64,000 nucleotides of DNA from an uncultured virus (IMG/VR IMGVR_UViG_3300042934_000869) (Duplodnaviria > Heunggongvirae > Uroviricota > Caudoviricetes). The translations under genes were made by a program, and so were the position numbers. The DNA is taken from IMG/VR virus record IMGVR_UViG_3300042934_000869. One strand, 5' to 3'. The notes under the pieces were generated by a model. The model was not told the origin of the DNA and searched no databases. It saw nothing but the letters and a program-made list of their open reading frames with translations. Shown here one piece after another: positions 39,325 through 48,777 of the stretch; position 1 is the stretch's first letter, and the number at the start of each line of letters is the position of its first letter.

Positions 39325-41058
39325 TTACAAGTTATTATTTTCTAATTTATCTAAATAATACTGTTTAGCTCTCTTATTGACTGAACTGTCTTCAAGTTTG
39401 TATATGTATTTTACTGTATCAAAAAGATTTATAATAGAAGATTTATTGGATTGATTAATGTCTTTTTCATTAATAAATACCAGATACTGATAGCCTACTC
39501 TTGTACCGTTTATCATTACTTGTTGGTATTCATTACCGTTAAATCCCCCTAGGTTTGGATATAAATGTACTATAAAATTGTATCCTTCAGTAGGACAATC
39601 CATATCTCTCATAAAATTATTATACTCTACTATATCTTCTTTACCTACCATTAAAGACATTCTTTTCTTTACATTGAAAGCAATAACTTCCATCTTATCT
39701 CTTATACTCTCTTCTGTAGTATATATGGAAACTACTTCATCTTCTATCTCTAAGAATTGACCTCCTAGAGTTCTTGTATCAATTATATCAAAATGTATGC
39801 AGTTTGGGTTTATTCTAGATATTGTTTGATATAGTAATATATCTAAAAACTGTGATAAACATTCTTCACTAGAGTAAGTAAATACTACACTGCTATTAGG
39901 TAACTTGAAAAAGTTTGGATTTATACCATTTATATTTATCAAGTAATCTTCAGGCAATTCTATGTTATTTGATACTTCAGTTCTAAAGTATTCATTTCCT
40001 AATTCTGCTAAACTGTTTTCTAACTCGTAACTCTTTTTCTCGTACTCTCCTCTTAAGGCTTTAAGTCTTTCTTTCTTTGATTTCTTTTCTTCGATAAGAC
40101 TGTCTTTCTTATCTTCGTATCCCCTTATTATTGACTTAAATTCTTCCTCTAGTTGCGTACCATCAAATATAAAATTGACCTTTTGTTCTTCTTGTTCTAT
40201 TATCATAGCATCTTGAAGTTCTAAAATCTTAGAGTCTATTTTAGATCTGTTTAAATTATATTTTGTATCTATTTTTTCTCTATCTGCTTCTATAGCATTT
40301 TTTATTCTGGAATTAACCAGTTCCCTTACTTCTTCTGCATTTCTTTCTAGAGACTTTCTGCTAGATGTACATTTTACAAATAAATGAGATTTGTAAATAT
40401 TGTATATAATAATTACTACTAATAATATTAGAATTAACGGATACACGAAAAAATATCCAACCACTATCATAACACATATTGCTATTGCAACAGGAAGTTG
40501 TGTATTATCCTCTTGCTTATAGTTTATTCCATTTAGCAAACCATCTAGTAATCCCTGTAAATCAAAAGACTTACTCAAAGCACTAGAAGACTGCCTAAGA
40601 TTCGGTATTATAGATGCTGTTGATTCTATACTCTCTGATTCTTGTACAATTGACTCTACTATCTCAGTAAATATAGGTCCGTAAAAATTAGATGTCTTTT
40701 CTTTTATTTCCTTACAGCTCTCTAATTCTTTATCTACATCTATTCTAGTTTTGAATTTTGCTCTATAAGTTCCTTCATCTATTTTAGATAATAATTCGTC
40801 TCTCTTTAGTTTAGACCTTATTTTAGTATCTTCTAGTTTCTTTATATTTAATAAGTATGGCTCTGATATCTCATCATTGTACTCTCTAAATCTACGTTCT
40901 CTTTCATCAACTAATCTTTTCTCTCTATCTGAGATTGAAAATCTTATATTCTTATCACAAGATTCTATGCTTTTCTCTACTTCAGATATTTCATCACTGC
41001 ATATATCTATTGACTCAAGTATTTCTTTTATTTCTCTTTTTATTTCTGAGTAACCCAT
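39325..41058 (-). CDS. Coiled-coil / TM-hairpin protein with a C-terminal degenerate FtsK-like domain
   Basis: Coiled coils flank two TMs. The C-terminus (LLYQTISRINPNCIHFDIIDTRTLG..KKRMSLM..DIVEYN..NGTRVGYQ) follows FtsK-domain order but lacks Walker A and B. Confidence 0.65.
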   Translation of the reverse strand: MGYSEIKREIKEILESIDICSDEISEVEKSIESCDKNIRFSISDREKRLVDERERRFREYNDEISEPYLLNIKKLEDTKIRSKLKRDELLSKIDEGTYRAKFKTRIDVDKELESCKEIKEKTSNFYGPIFTEIVESIVQESESIESTASIIPNLRQSSSALSKSFDLQGLLDGLLNGINYKQEDNTQLPVAIAICVMIVVGYFFVYPLILILLVVIIIYNIYKSHLFVKCTSSRKSLERNAEEVRELVNSRIKNAIEADREKIDTKYNLNRSKIDSKILELQDAMIIEQEEQKVNFIFDGTQLEEEFKSIIRGYEDKKDSLIEEKKSKKERLKALRGEYEKKSYELENSLAELGNEYFRTEVSNNIELPEDYLININGINPNFFKLPNSSVVFTYSSEECLSQFLDILLYQTISRINPNCIHFDIIDTRTLGGQFLEIEDEVVSIYTTEESIRDKMEVIAFNVKKRMSLMVGKEDIVEYNNFMRDMDCPTEGYNFIVHLYPNLGGFNGNEYQQVMINGTRVGYQYLVFINEKDINQSNKSSIINLFDTVKYIYKLEDSSVNKRAKQYYLDKLENNNL

Positions 41059-41061
41059 AAC

Positions 41062-41844
41062 TTACTTTAAAATATTCAATAATGCCCATGTTGCAACTAC
41101 ATCATATCTGGCATCATGAAAACTTCCCTTGTCTTCGTTATTGAGTCCCATCCTTCTAAGTATTATCTTATATAGCTTTTCCATTTTATCTCCTAGTCCT
41201 GATAACCTTATTGCTTCTTCTAGTCTAGGATTTTTGTAATAAGAGAAATAACTTTTAGACCTTGCCATTAAATCATAGTAACAATTACCAAAACTTTCTG
41301 CTTCATTTAAGCTCTTTATTTTATCCCCAAACTTTATTACTGAATTAACTAAATCTTCTTGTGTTATAGTTTTGCTATTACTAATTTTTGAATAGTTAAA
41401 ATTGTACAAAGTTCTATTTATACATCCAATATCAAATATTACATTATACCCCACAAAGATAGTATTATCATAGCAAAAGTCATCTTTATATTTCCCCAAT
41501 ATATAATCTTCTAGTGATTTTTTATCAGGACATAATCTAACTATCTCATCATTTGAAATACCGTGTACTCCGAAAGCTCCTTGAGTTATAGGTTCTGACG
41601 GTAAACAGTAAAAGCTTTCTAATTTTTCTATATTCATTGATGGGTAGTCACATACAGCAAATGCTACTTGTATCGGTTCACCTTTAGATATTATAGTTTC
41701 TTTACTTCTTATATATCCTTCTCTTTTTGAGAAGTAGTTTTTCACTAATTCACTATTAGAAGACTTTCCTTGTACCATATCTGATCTTCCAGGTATACCT
41801 ACTGTCTCACAGTCGAATATTATAATTTTCTTTTTCTTCTTCAT
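41062..41844 (-). CDS. DEDDh 3'-5' exonuclease (DnaQ/epsilon-like)
   Basis: IFDCETVG, VHGI, VGYNVIFD, HDARYDV. Confidence 0.9.
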   Translation of the reverse strand: MKKKKKIIIFDCETVGIPGRSDMVQGKSSNSELVKNYFSKREGYIRSKETIISKGEPIQVAFAVCDYPSMNIEKLESFYCLPSEPITQGAFGVHGISNDEIVRLCPDKKSLEDYILGKYKDDFCYDNTIFVGYNVIFDIGCINRTLYNFNYSKISNSKTITQEDLVNSVIKFGDKIKSLNEAESFGNCYYDLMARSKSYFSYYKNPRLEEAIRLSGLGDKMEKLYKIILRRMGLNNEDKGSFHDARYDVVATWALLNILK

Positions 41845-41859
41845 TAAATATATTACCTC

Positions 41860-42972
41860 CTACATGGATATCATATTTCCATTTAAATACGGAATTCCAT
41901 TATTGTATATTATATTAGAATACTTTCTACTGTTTACTAGATTAACAAATGTCTCTAGATTAAAATAGCAAGGAAGTGCTCCCGTCTCTTTTAGTGTTTC
42001 TGGTAGATAAGACATTGTGCAATATACGTTTCCATCTCCGTTATTAATTCTAACCATGTAATAAACTCCATGAGAGAATTTTATCATTTCATCTATATCT
42101 GGTATACTTATACCTATGCTGTTAAATAAATTTATAGGCCTACAATTAAACATATTACTTAAGTCTATTAGATTTAAAAAGTCTTCATCAGAACATTTAA
42201 ATAAATCAACCATTTTACTCATGGTTGCATTTAATGTCGATATGTTCGCTATTTTAGAATCTCTTGCTCCTAAAGAACATACATACAATAAACATTCTAA
42301 TATAAACCCTTTACTATACTTTCTAATTATTCTGTAAGGTAATGTAAGTTTTCCATCTTCTAACTTAATCGATTTACCTTTTACTACATCTAATATATTT
42401 TCTATATCTAGTCCGTATTTTGATTTTAAATTAACATATTTTTTATAGCTACTAGTTCTTAGCATTGAAGATAATTCTAATATAGTTAAAGGTTTCCCTT
42501 CTACATACACTAATGTATTAAAATGATAAGAACCATCACAAAATATTTGTACTAGCTCTCTGTTTTCCTCTATAAACTTGTCAAGACCCTTAAATGAATA
42601 AGGATTTTGTTTTGGACTTTTTCTTTCTCTTCCTATTCCAATAACTTCTAATTCTGTAAATATATCAACTATTTTAGATGTTCTATCAACATTAAATATT
42701 TTCTCTTGCTCTGTCCAATATGAATCATTCTCTAGATTCTGTATTACTTCTAATCTCTTCTTGTACCTATTGGATGAACTAAGAAAGGTATTATTTACAT
42801 AACCAATGCTTTCATAAAGAAAGTCTTCTAGTTCTTTGTGATTTGAAAGTTTAAACTCCTCTTTTATTCTTTTCTTTAAACTCGATTTTAGTATATCTTT
42901 AAATGAGTTATTTTTTATAAACCATAATCTTAAACAACTTTTTAAATAAAAGCTACTTCGCAATTCCAACAA
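41860..42972 (-). CDS. Hypothetical protein (370 aa)
   Basis: Long ORF overlapping the upstream gene. Confidence 0.75.
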   Translation of the reverse strand: MLELRSSFYLKSCLRLWFIKNNSFKDILKSSLKKRIKEEFKLSNHKELEDFLYESIGYVNNTFLSSSNRYKKRLEVIQNLENDSYWTEQEKIFNVDRTSKIVDIFTELEVIGIGRERKSPKQNPYSFKGLDKFIEENRELVQIFCDGSYHFNTLVYVEGKPLTILELSSMLRTSSYKKYVNLKSKYGLDIENILDVVKGKSIKLEDGKLTLPYRIIRKYSKGFILECLLYVCSLGARDSKIANISTLNATMSKMVDLFKCSDEDFLNLIDLSNMFNCRPINLFNSIGISIPDIDEMIKFSHGVYYMVRINNGDGNVYCTMSYLPETLKETGALPCYFNLETFVNLVNSRKYSNIIYNNGIPYLNGNMISM

Positions 42973-43777
42973 TCCTTCCTATCTTATAATATAATACTTC
43001 AAGTGCCAGTATGCTTTGTTCAAATGGTCTCATACCAAGCAGAGGATTCTCTGATAAGGCAGTCATGTTTTTATCTTTATAACTTTCTACTAGGTTGTCT
43101 AGTATATTTAGAGTTTTTTCTGTTAACTCTTCTGACATAGTATTTAGTTTCTTTATATCGAAAAGTCCTGCAGATATGTTTGAAGTATTTCTAAATGTAC
43201 TAGTTTTTTCAATATACTCTGGGTCTTGCACTATTACTGATCTAGAGAATAAATTTATATCCTTCAACATTTCGTTTGGTATCTCTAGAGACCTTAGTAC
43301 CTTATTAGATATCTTTGGTATTCTATTTGTAATTAGACTATTCATAAGCTTTATAATATCTTCATTCTCTGCACATACTTTATCTGCCATATATACTTTA
43401 TTAGCAGATATTTTTTGTGAGAAACATTCTATCTCTAATAATTCTTCTCTTGATATGTCATCTACATGAATAGTGCTGAATTCAATAAAGTACTCATAAA
43501 GTAGATTTCTATTTATTCCTTTAGCACTTTCTAGAATTAGACTGGTTAGTATTTCTACTCCTTCAGTATAGTACTCTATAGTTATTTTTTCAGTTTTCCC
43601 TTTGGTTGCCTTAAATTGACATGGTGAAACTACTTCTATTGAATCTAAATTTATCTTATCTAGACATGCAGATAAGCTAACATAGTTTGCTATATCACCT
43701 CTTGGTATTTCAAACTCTTCTAGAAATATTCCGCTATTAATTGATTTATATAATCTTAGTGGTTTAGTTACTCTCAT
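42953..43777 (-). CDS. Hypothetical protein (274 aa)
   Basis: AAGGAGG RBS. Confidence 0.78.
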   Translation of the reverse strand: MRVTKPLRLYKSINSGIFLEEFEIPRGDIANYVSLSACLDKINLDSIEVVSPCQFKATKGKTEKITIEYYTEGVEILTSLILESAKGINRNLLYEYFIEFSTIHVDDISREELLEIECFSQKISANKVYMADKVCAENEDIIKLMNSLITNRIPKISNKVLRSLEIPNEMLKDINLFSRSVIVQDPEYIEKTSTFRNTSNISAGLFDIKKLNTMSEELTEKTLNILDNLVESYKDKNMTALSENPLLGMRPFEQSILALEVLYYKIGRIVGIAK

Positions 43778-43901
43778 ATAAATACCTCCTTTTTAGAATT
43801 GTAGCTAACATCAGTAATCCTAATGTTACTACTAAATAATTTAATTTAAATCCACATACTATAGTAGTTGATAATATTAATAGTAATGATAGTAATGTCA
43901 T
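43764..43901 (-). CDS. Small hydrophobic protein (45 aa), not in the ORF track
   Basis: MTLLSLLLILSTTIVCGFKLNYLVVTLGLLMLATILKRRYLYESN; TAATG-coupled to the upstream gene and fills the gap exactly. Confidence 0.6.
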   Translation of the reverse strand: MTLLSLLLILSTTIVCGFKLNYLVVTLGLLMLATILKRRYLYESN

Positions 43902-44965
43902 TATAGTATCCTCGCTCTATATACAATATTGTATAAATCATCTGGTGTGCTAAATCCTAATTGTAACGTATTTCTTACACAATGATAGAATAAAGAATTA
44001 TTAGATACGAATAAACCTCTTTGTGACTCGTCTAGTTCTAGCCATTGTTTGCGAGTAAGAGTTACAATATAAGATGTGTCTTTTGGACTGTATACATCTG
44101 TTTCAACATTTGGAAAATTTTGATTTAATAAACCTAATAGAATATTTAGTACAAATCCAGTAGATAGTCTTATCACTTTACTAAAGTTTAAACTTTCAGA
44201 TATATCTTTATCTGAGCAGAAATACACATCTAGACTTTCGTAAGATACCTGATACTCTTTTGCCTTACTAAATAATTTAGATTCCTCTCTAATCGGTCTG
44301 TATCTTTTAACTTCAAGTATTGGGTTAAATACACAAGGTCCTGAAATAAATAATGGTCTCCACACATCGAATATATAAAAATTTCTTATGTCTTTTCTAC
44401 CTGTTCTTCTTAAGTGACCGCTTATTATTTTATCATATAGTGCTAGATAACTGCTCATACTTGATGTGTCAAATTCTGTGTATAAATAATTTCTTTCTTG
44501 AATACTTATAGTTCTTCCATTTTTAAATGATATTTTTTCAGTATCTTCTACATAGATTTTATTGAATAACTCCATATAAGTGCTTTGTTTTATATTGATT
44601 AATCTGAATGCTTGATTAATCTCTATTTCTATATTTAAGTCATCCTGACTAATACCTAGGTCTAGTCCAAAAACTCTAGTATCAGTTATTATCTTTAAAA
44701 ATGATTCCTTCAAATTATAATCTGGAATAAATCTACTTCTGTTATTTATTCTTTCTAAATGACCCAACTGGAATCCTTTATCTCCATTAGATTCTTCTAT
44801 ATAACTTACTCTTATTGCTGTCTTATTATCTTTACCTCTTTTAGAAGAATTTGAATCTCTAGCAACTTGCAATAATTTATTATTTATTAGTAGAGTATAG
44901 CTATTATTACTTTTGGTTCTTAGTACTTCGTCTATATCTCTACTTATTTGCTCTATCGTAGCCAT
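43901..44965 (-). CDS. Hypothetical protein (354 aa)
   Basis: TAATG coupling and AGGAGG RBS. Confidence 0.78.
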   Translation of the reverse strand: MATIEQISRDIDEVLRTKSNNSYTLLINNKLLQVARDSNSSKRGKDNKTAIRVSYIEESNGDKGFQLGHLERINNRSRFIPDYNLKESFLKIITDTRVFGLDLGISQDDLNIEIEINQAFRLINIKQSTYMELFNKIYVEDTEKISFKNGRTISIQERNYLYTEFDTSSMSSYLALYDKIISGHLRRTGRKDIRNFYIFDVWRPLFISGPCVFNPILEVKRYRPIREESKLFSKAKEYQVSYESLDVYFCSDKDISESLNFSKVIRLSTGFVLNILLGLLNQNFPNVETDVYSPKDTSYIVTLTRKQWLELDESQRGLFVSNNSLFYHCVRNTLQLGFSTPDDLYNIVYRARIL

Positions 44966-46239
44966 TACTTTGGAGCCTCCTTTCTAGTAACTTTTATACT
45001 AGTATCGTACATACTTCCTTGTAGAAAGAAAGAAGTATAATGATTCCAAGCCTTCAGTGCTGAGTCATGCATAATGCAAGATACTCTAGTATTGAATAGC
45101 ATCAATTCAGTTTCTAATAATTTTTTCTTATAGATCGTTAATTTTTGTGAAGCTATATCCATATAATCTAGTCTTACTCCTTTCGAAGAAGTTTCGATTA
45201 TACTCATTAACTCTTTTATACAGTACGGAGATATTTCACCAAAACCTTGTTGCTCTAGAAATGTTCTCAAGGCTTTCATTGATATACTTGAATTTCTTTC
45301 TTTCTCTATTTTAACCAATTGTTGTGCCGCATCTATATAAGATTCAGCTATGTCCTTGTTTACAACTGGTTTCTTTAAAGTAAAGAAAATTCCATATAAA
45401 TTATTTTTATATACTTTTATATCTACTTCTGATTTATTCTGTAATTCTTCTTTATCTCCTTCTACCTCAGAATATAATAGCTCTTTTACACATGTAGTTA
45501 TACTTTTGAATATATAACTTACATATGAGTAATGAACTGTGTGTGGTGGACTAAATATAAAATTGTGAGTACTACTACATAGAGGTAGGGTTCTTCTGTA
45601 TTCATATACGAAGTAAGTTTTGTCACTTCCATTCACTTTAGTCTCTCTTAAGTATTTTAATCCAAAAATATTAAAGTACTTTACCGATTCCTCAGGTATT
45701 AGACATATAAAATCATTTTGCTTTAATTGATTATCTTCATCCATATAGATTATTTTATTAGTACTCCATCTTGCTAGATTTAGACTAAAGCTACTTATAC
45801 CAACATGCATCGTGGATTTAGATACTTTTAAGTCACTAAATCTTGGTACGAAAGCATAGTCATCTAGGTAGTCTATATTATGCAAATATAAGCAATCTCT
45901 TTTTATTAATTCATTTAATAATTGATACATTGATATTATTTTTTCCGAAGTCTTTATATACTCCTCTGGTGCTGATGTTGGTGAGCCTAGAGGTATATTA
46001 AGCACATCATGATTAATGATTAAACTATTGTCCTCATAAGAAAAATCTTTTATCGAGTCTTTATTATTCTCTATGAAGTCTTCAAAGTTTTCTCTTCTCA
46101 CCATAATGTAGTCTATAGACTCTACATCTTTAAATTTAACAAACTCTGCTGACATTGTAATGTCTTGGAATGTAAATATCTTGTTTACATATAAGAACAC
46201 TAAATCCATCTCCTTTCTGTGCTTTGAAGGATTAGCCAA
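44965..46239 (-). CDS. Hypothetical protein (~415-424 aa)
   Basis: Long ORF; start uncertain. Confidence 0.78.
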   Translation of the reverse strand: MANPSKHRKEMDLVFLYVNKIFTFQDITMSAEFVKFKDVESIDYIMVRRENFEDFIENNKDSIKDFSYEDNSLIINHDVLNIPLGSPTSAPEEYIKTSEKIISMYQLLNELIKRDCLYLHNIDYLDDYAFVPRFSDLKVSKSTMHVGISSFSLNLARWSTNKIIYMDEDNQLKQNDFICLIPEESVKYFNIFGLKYLRETKVNGSDKTYFVYEYRRTLPLCSSTHNFIFSPPHTVHYSYVSYIFKSITTCVKELLYSEVEGDKEELQNKSEVDIKVYKNNLYGIFFTLKKPVVNKDIAESYIDAAQQLVKIEKERNSSISMKALRTFLEQQGFGEISPYCIKELMSIIETSSKGVRLDYMDIASQKLTIYKKKLLETELMLFNTRVSCIMHDSALKAWNHYTSFFLQGSMYDTSIKVTRKEAPK

Positions 46240-46249
46240 AGGGCTAATC

Positions 46250-46438
46250 CTATTTTACTTCTTCCACTGGTTTTATGTCGTATGGTGTAAGCCTATAAGA
46301 TGTTTCATTCCTTCCAAGCTGTCTTAAGTCACAACCTGTTATTACTGTACTTACTAATACATACAAAAGTATTAACAATATTTTTTTAATGTTCTTTTTT
46401 CTGATACTGACACACCTCCTAGTGGAATAGATTTCCAT
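46250..46438 (-). CDS. Small putative lipoprotein
   Basis: KKNIKKILLILLYVLVSTVITG-C: basic, then hydrophobic, then a lipobox. Start codon uncertain. Confidence 0.55.
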   Translation of the reverse strand: MEIYSTRRCVSIRKKNIKKILLILLYVLVSTVITGCDLRQLGRNETSYRLTPYDIKPVEEVK

Positions 46439-47253
46439 TCTTCTTTTATCTTCATAATATACTCTGTTTGCTTAAAAGCACTGTACACTATGTGGGCAAG
46501 TAAGTGTTCTGGCTCTCCTATACCTAATATTGATTGTAATGCATCTTCCATTACATCGCTTGTACTAGCTTTTACACTAGCGGGTAGCTGTTTTAATATA
46601 TCTAATTTATCTCTAAGAGTTATTACATCTAGTAGACTTATTCTATCTAAATACCTTCCATAGTGTACTACACAGTTCTTTAATACTTCTAGTATTGTCT
46701 CTCTATCTTGCTCAGAAAACTCATTAGAATATATTCCAACATTATAATACCATTCCCAAATAAATTTAATATAGCCTCCAATTTTATCATTGTATATACT
46801 AGAGTAATGTTTACTGGTGTATACTGGTGATAACATATTTACTCCGCCTCTATTTATAAGTTCTACACATTCTTTATACAGGTTTTCTACATCTTCTACT
46901 ATTCCTAAAAATTTCTCTGGAGACTTAATCGATTGCTGGTCTATTGTATATATGTTTTCAACTATTAGAGAGTACTGGCCTGCATGTATCTGTGGTATGC
47001 ATTCAAGCTCTATAAATTTACTTTTTAATGATATCAGCTCTAAGCCTGATTCTATGAATCTAGCTATATTAAATATTTGTGCTCTTACTGTAGTACCATC
47101 TTCAGTCTTTACATATAGTGTATAAAACCCTTCTTCATATTTAGATATACCTGTTTTGTAATCGCTTACAAAACACACTCTTTTTATTAAATGTCCTAGA
47201 GATAAATCTTCATCTCTTAAATTATTATTTTCTGTTGTTTTTACTAATTTCAT
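46372..47253 (-). CDS. YhaM/Cbf1-like protein: OB fold plus degenerate HD domain
   Basis: OB-like YTLYVKTEDGTTVRAQIF..GQYSLIVENI, PEKFL, then IGGYIKF where YhaM has GGLLxH. No HD dyad seen. Confidence 0.55.
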   Translation of the reverse strand: MKLVKTTENNNLRDEDLSLGHLIKRVCFVSDYKTGISKYEEGFYTLYVKTEDGTTVRAQIFNIARFIESGLELISLKSKFIELECIPQIHAGQYSLIVENIYTIDQQSIKSPEKFLGIVEDVENLYKECVELINRGGVNMLSPVYTSKHYSSIYNDKIGGYIKFIWEWYYNVGIYSNEFSEQDRETILEVLKNCVVHYGRYLDRISLLDVITLRDKLDILKQLPASVKASTSDVMEDALQSILGIGEPEHLLAHIVYSAFKQTEYIMKIKEEWKSIPLGGVSVSEKRTLKKYC

Positions 47254-47257
47254 ATAC

Positions 47258-47662
47258 TTATTCCTCCCAAGATTCTTCTTCTACTTCTATATATTCATAT
47301 GTACTTCTATCATTTAGTATGTATATATTTATTACTATATCTAGGATGAGTAGCAGTAGAAAAGATACTAATATAAGTTTTTTACTACCTATAGGCTTTA
47401 GAAAAGTTATTACAAATTGAACGAGTCTAACAAGAAGACAGGGAAGTAAAGGAGAAGGTTGTCCAAAATATCCGTGTGCACCTATTACTCCTATACCTAC
47501 ACTTACTATAGATATGTATGAGAATATAGATGTCACTCCGAAACTTAATGGTCTATAGATAGGCAAACTTAGATTTACAATGACATAAATACCATACATT
47601 ATACTAAGTATTTTTAATGGCAATAATATTTCTTTTTCGTAACTATTATGTTTACTTCTCAT
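47258..47662 (-). CDS. Multi-pass membrane protein (134 aa)
   Basis: About four hydrophobic segments, acidic tail, AAGGAGG RBS. Confidence 0.75.
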   Translation of the reverse strand: MRSKHNSYEKEILLPLKILSIMYGIYVIVNLSLPIYRPLSFGVTSIFSYISIVSVGIGVIGAHGYFGQPSPLLPCLLVRLVQFVITFLKPIGSKKLILVSFLLLLILDIVINIYILNDRSTYEYIEVEEESWEE

Positions 47663-47879
47663 GTATCCTCCTTATTAATTCTTCGGCTTCGTCTTCTGAA
47701 GAATTATTATCTTCTTCTTCCTCTAAAACAGACTCTACTTCTTCGTCTTCTATTCTTATTCCTATATTATCTCCTACATCCTCTTTTTGTATATATAGAA
47801 TTTTCATTAAAGATTCTCGGGATTCGTATAGTCCTTTAGACATAGATACTATTATAATTATTATGATTAAAATTATCAT
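47652..47879 (-). CDS. Small membrane-anchored acidic protein (75 aa)
   Basis: N-terminal Ile-rich TM, Glu-rich tail, GAGGG RBS. Confidence 0.65.
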   Translation of the reverse strand: MIILIIIIIIVSMSKGLYESRESLMKILYIQKEDVGDNIGIRIEDEEVESVLEEEEDNNSSEDEAEELIRRIHEK

Positions 47880-47916
47880 ACTTTATTAACCCTCTAGTTA
47901 TTTAATGTAGCTTTGT

Positions 47917-48060
47917 TTATTCTCCTGAAGAGCTACCTCCACTTCTGGGTCTTCCACCACCCTTTCCTTTCTGATTCATTCCAATTCCTATTATTATAAA
48001 CACTAGGATTGATATAGGAATAAGTCTTTCTCCCCAAGTATTTCCTAAAAAATCTAACAT
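47917..48060 (-). CDS. Small single-TM protein with Gly/basic tail (47 aa), not in the ORF track
   Basis: MLDFLGNTWGERLIPISILVFIIIGIGMNQKGKGGGRPRSGGSSSGE; AAAGGAG RBS; downstream of promoter copy 7. Confidence 0.75.
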   Translation of the reverse strand: MLDFLGNTWGERLIPISILVFIIIGIGMNQKGKGGGRPRSGGSSSGE

Positions 48061-48153
48061 ATTCTTAACTCCTTTACTAATTGATTGTCTTATTCATTAA
48101 TGAACAGAGTTAATAAGATAGCTCATGCTATAGTTATAAATATACGCTTATTA

Positions 48154-48184
48154 ACTATATTAACTAATAAAGAGCTATAGGGTC
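48154..48184 (-). promoter_or_regulatory. Element-specific promoter-like motif, copy 7
   Basis: GACCC-N20-TATAGT. Confidence 0.5.
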
Positions 48185-48219
48185 TGGCTCAATACACAAA
48201 CCCTATGCCTTTAAGTATT

Positions 48220-48366
48220 TTAAGATTCTACAATTTCATCTTCCTCGTCTATAGAATCTTCTTTACATATCGAATCTATTTTTGTCATAATGTAAATTAG
48301 TACGTATGTGTATAGTAATACTGATCCTAGCATTGCTGTAAGTCTTACTATTTCTTCTTTTATCAC
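48220..48366 (-). CDS. Small single-TM protein with acidic tail (48 aa), not in the ORF track
   Basis: MIKEEIVRLTAMLGSVLLYTYVLIYIMTKIDSICKEDSIDEEDEIVES; the GTG start overlaps the upstream TAG (TAGTG). Confidence 0.6.
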   Translation of the reverse strand: MIKEEIVRLTAMLGSVLLYTYVLIYIMTKIDSICKEDSIDEEDEIVES

Positions 48367-48746
48367 TATCTAATTCTAATCAACCTTTCTAGGTTATCTG
48401 CCATATTATCCACACCTTTTCCTGCTATTTCCATAGTCTCATCTGTTACATTATCCCTAAGGCTAAACTTATATTCAGACGAGATTGTAAGAAGTGTTAA
48501 TACATTCTCTAAACTAAAATCTATATGACCTACTGTTTCTTCTATACCATTAAATCTAATAATTAGAGGTAGAGATGTTTCTGAGTTATTTTGATTTGTA
48601 CACATAGATACTATCGCCTTTATCTCATCTTCAATAGTAACACCTTCTAGGATTAACTCCATTGGTTCTCTATTTTCTTTATCAGTATCTTCAACTATAT
48701 CTATACTCTCTTCTATTTCTAATTCATCATCATTATCACTATACAT
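48366..48746 (-). CDS. Acidic hypothetical protein (126 aa)
   Basis: AAGGAG RBS. Confidence 0.75.
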   Translation of the reverse strand: MYSDNDDELEIEESIDIVEDTDKENREPMELILEGVTIEDEIKAIVSMCTNQNNSETSLPLIIRFNGIEETVGHIDFSLENVLTLLTISSEYKFSLRDNVTDETMEIAGKGVDNMADNLERLIRIR

Positions 48747-48777
48747 ACAAACACTCCTTATCTATATATTAATAGTA

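Noticed and set aside
48177..48206. ATAGGGT..ACCCTAT inverted repeat as a terminator
   Set aside because: 7-bp stem with a 16-nt loop and no adjacent U-tract; one arm is the promoter motif itself.
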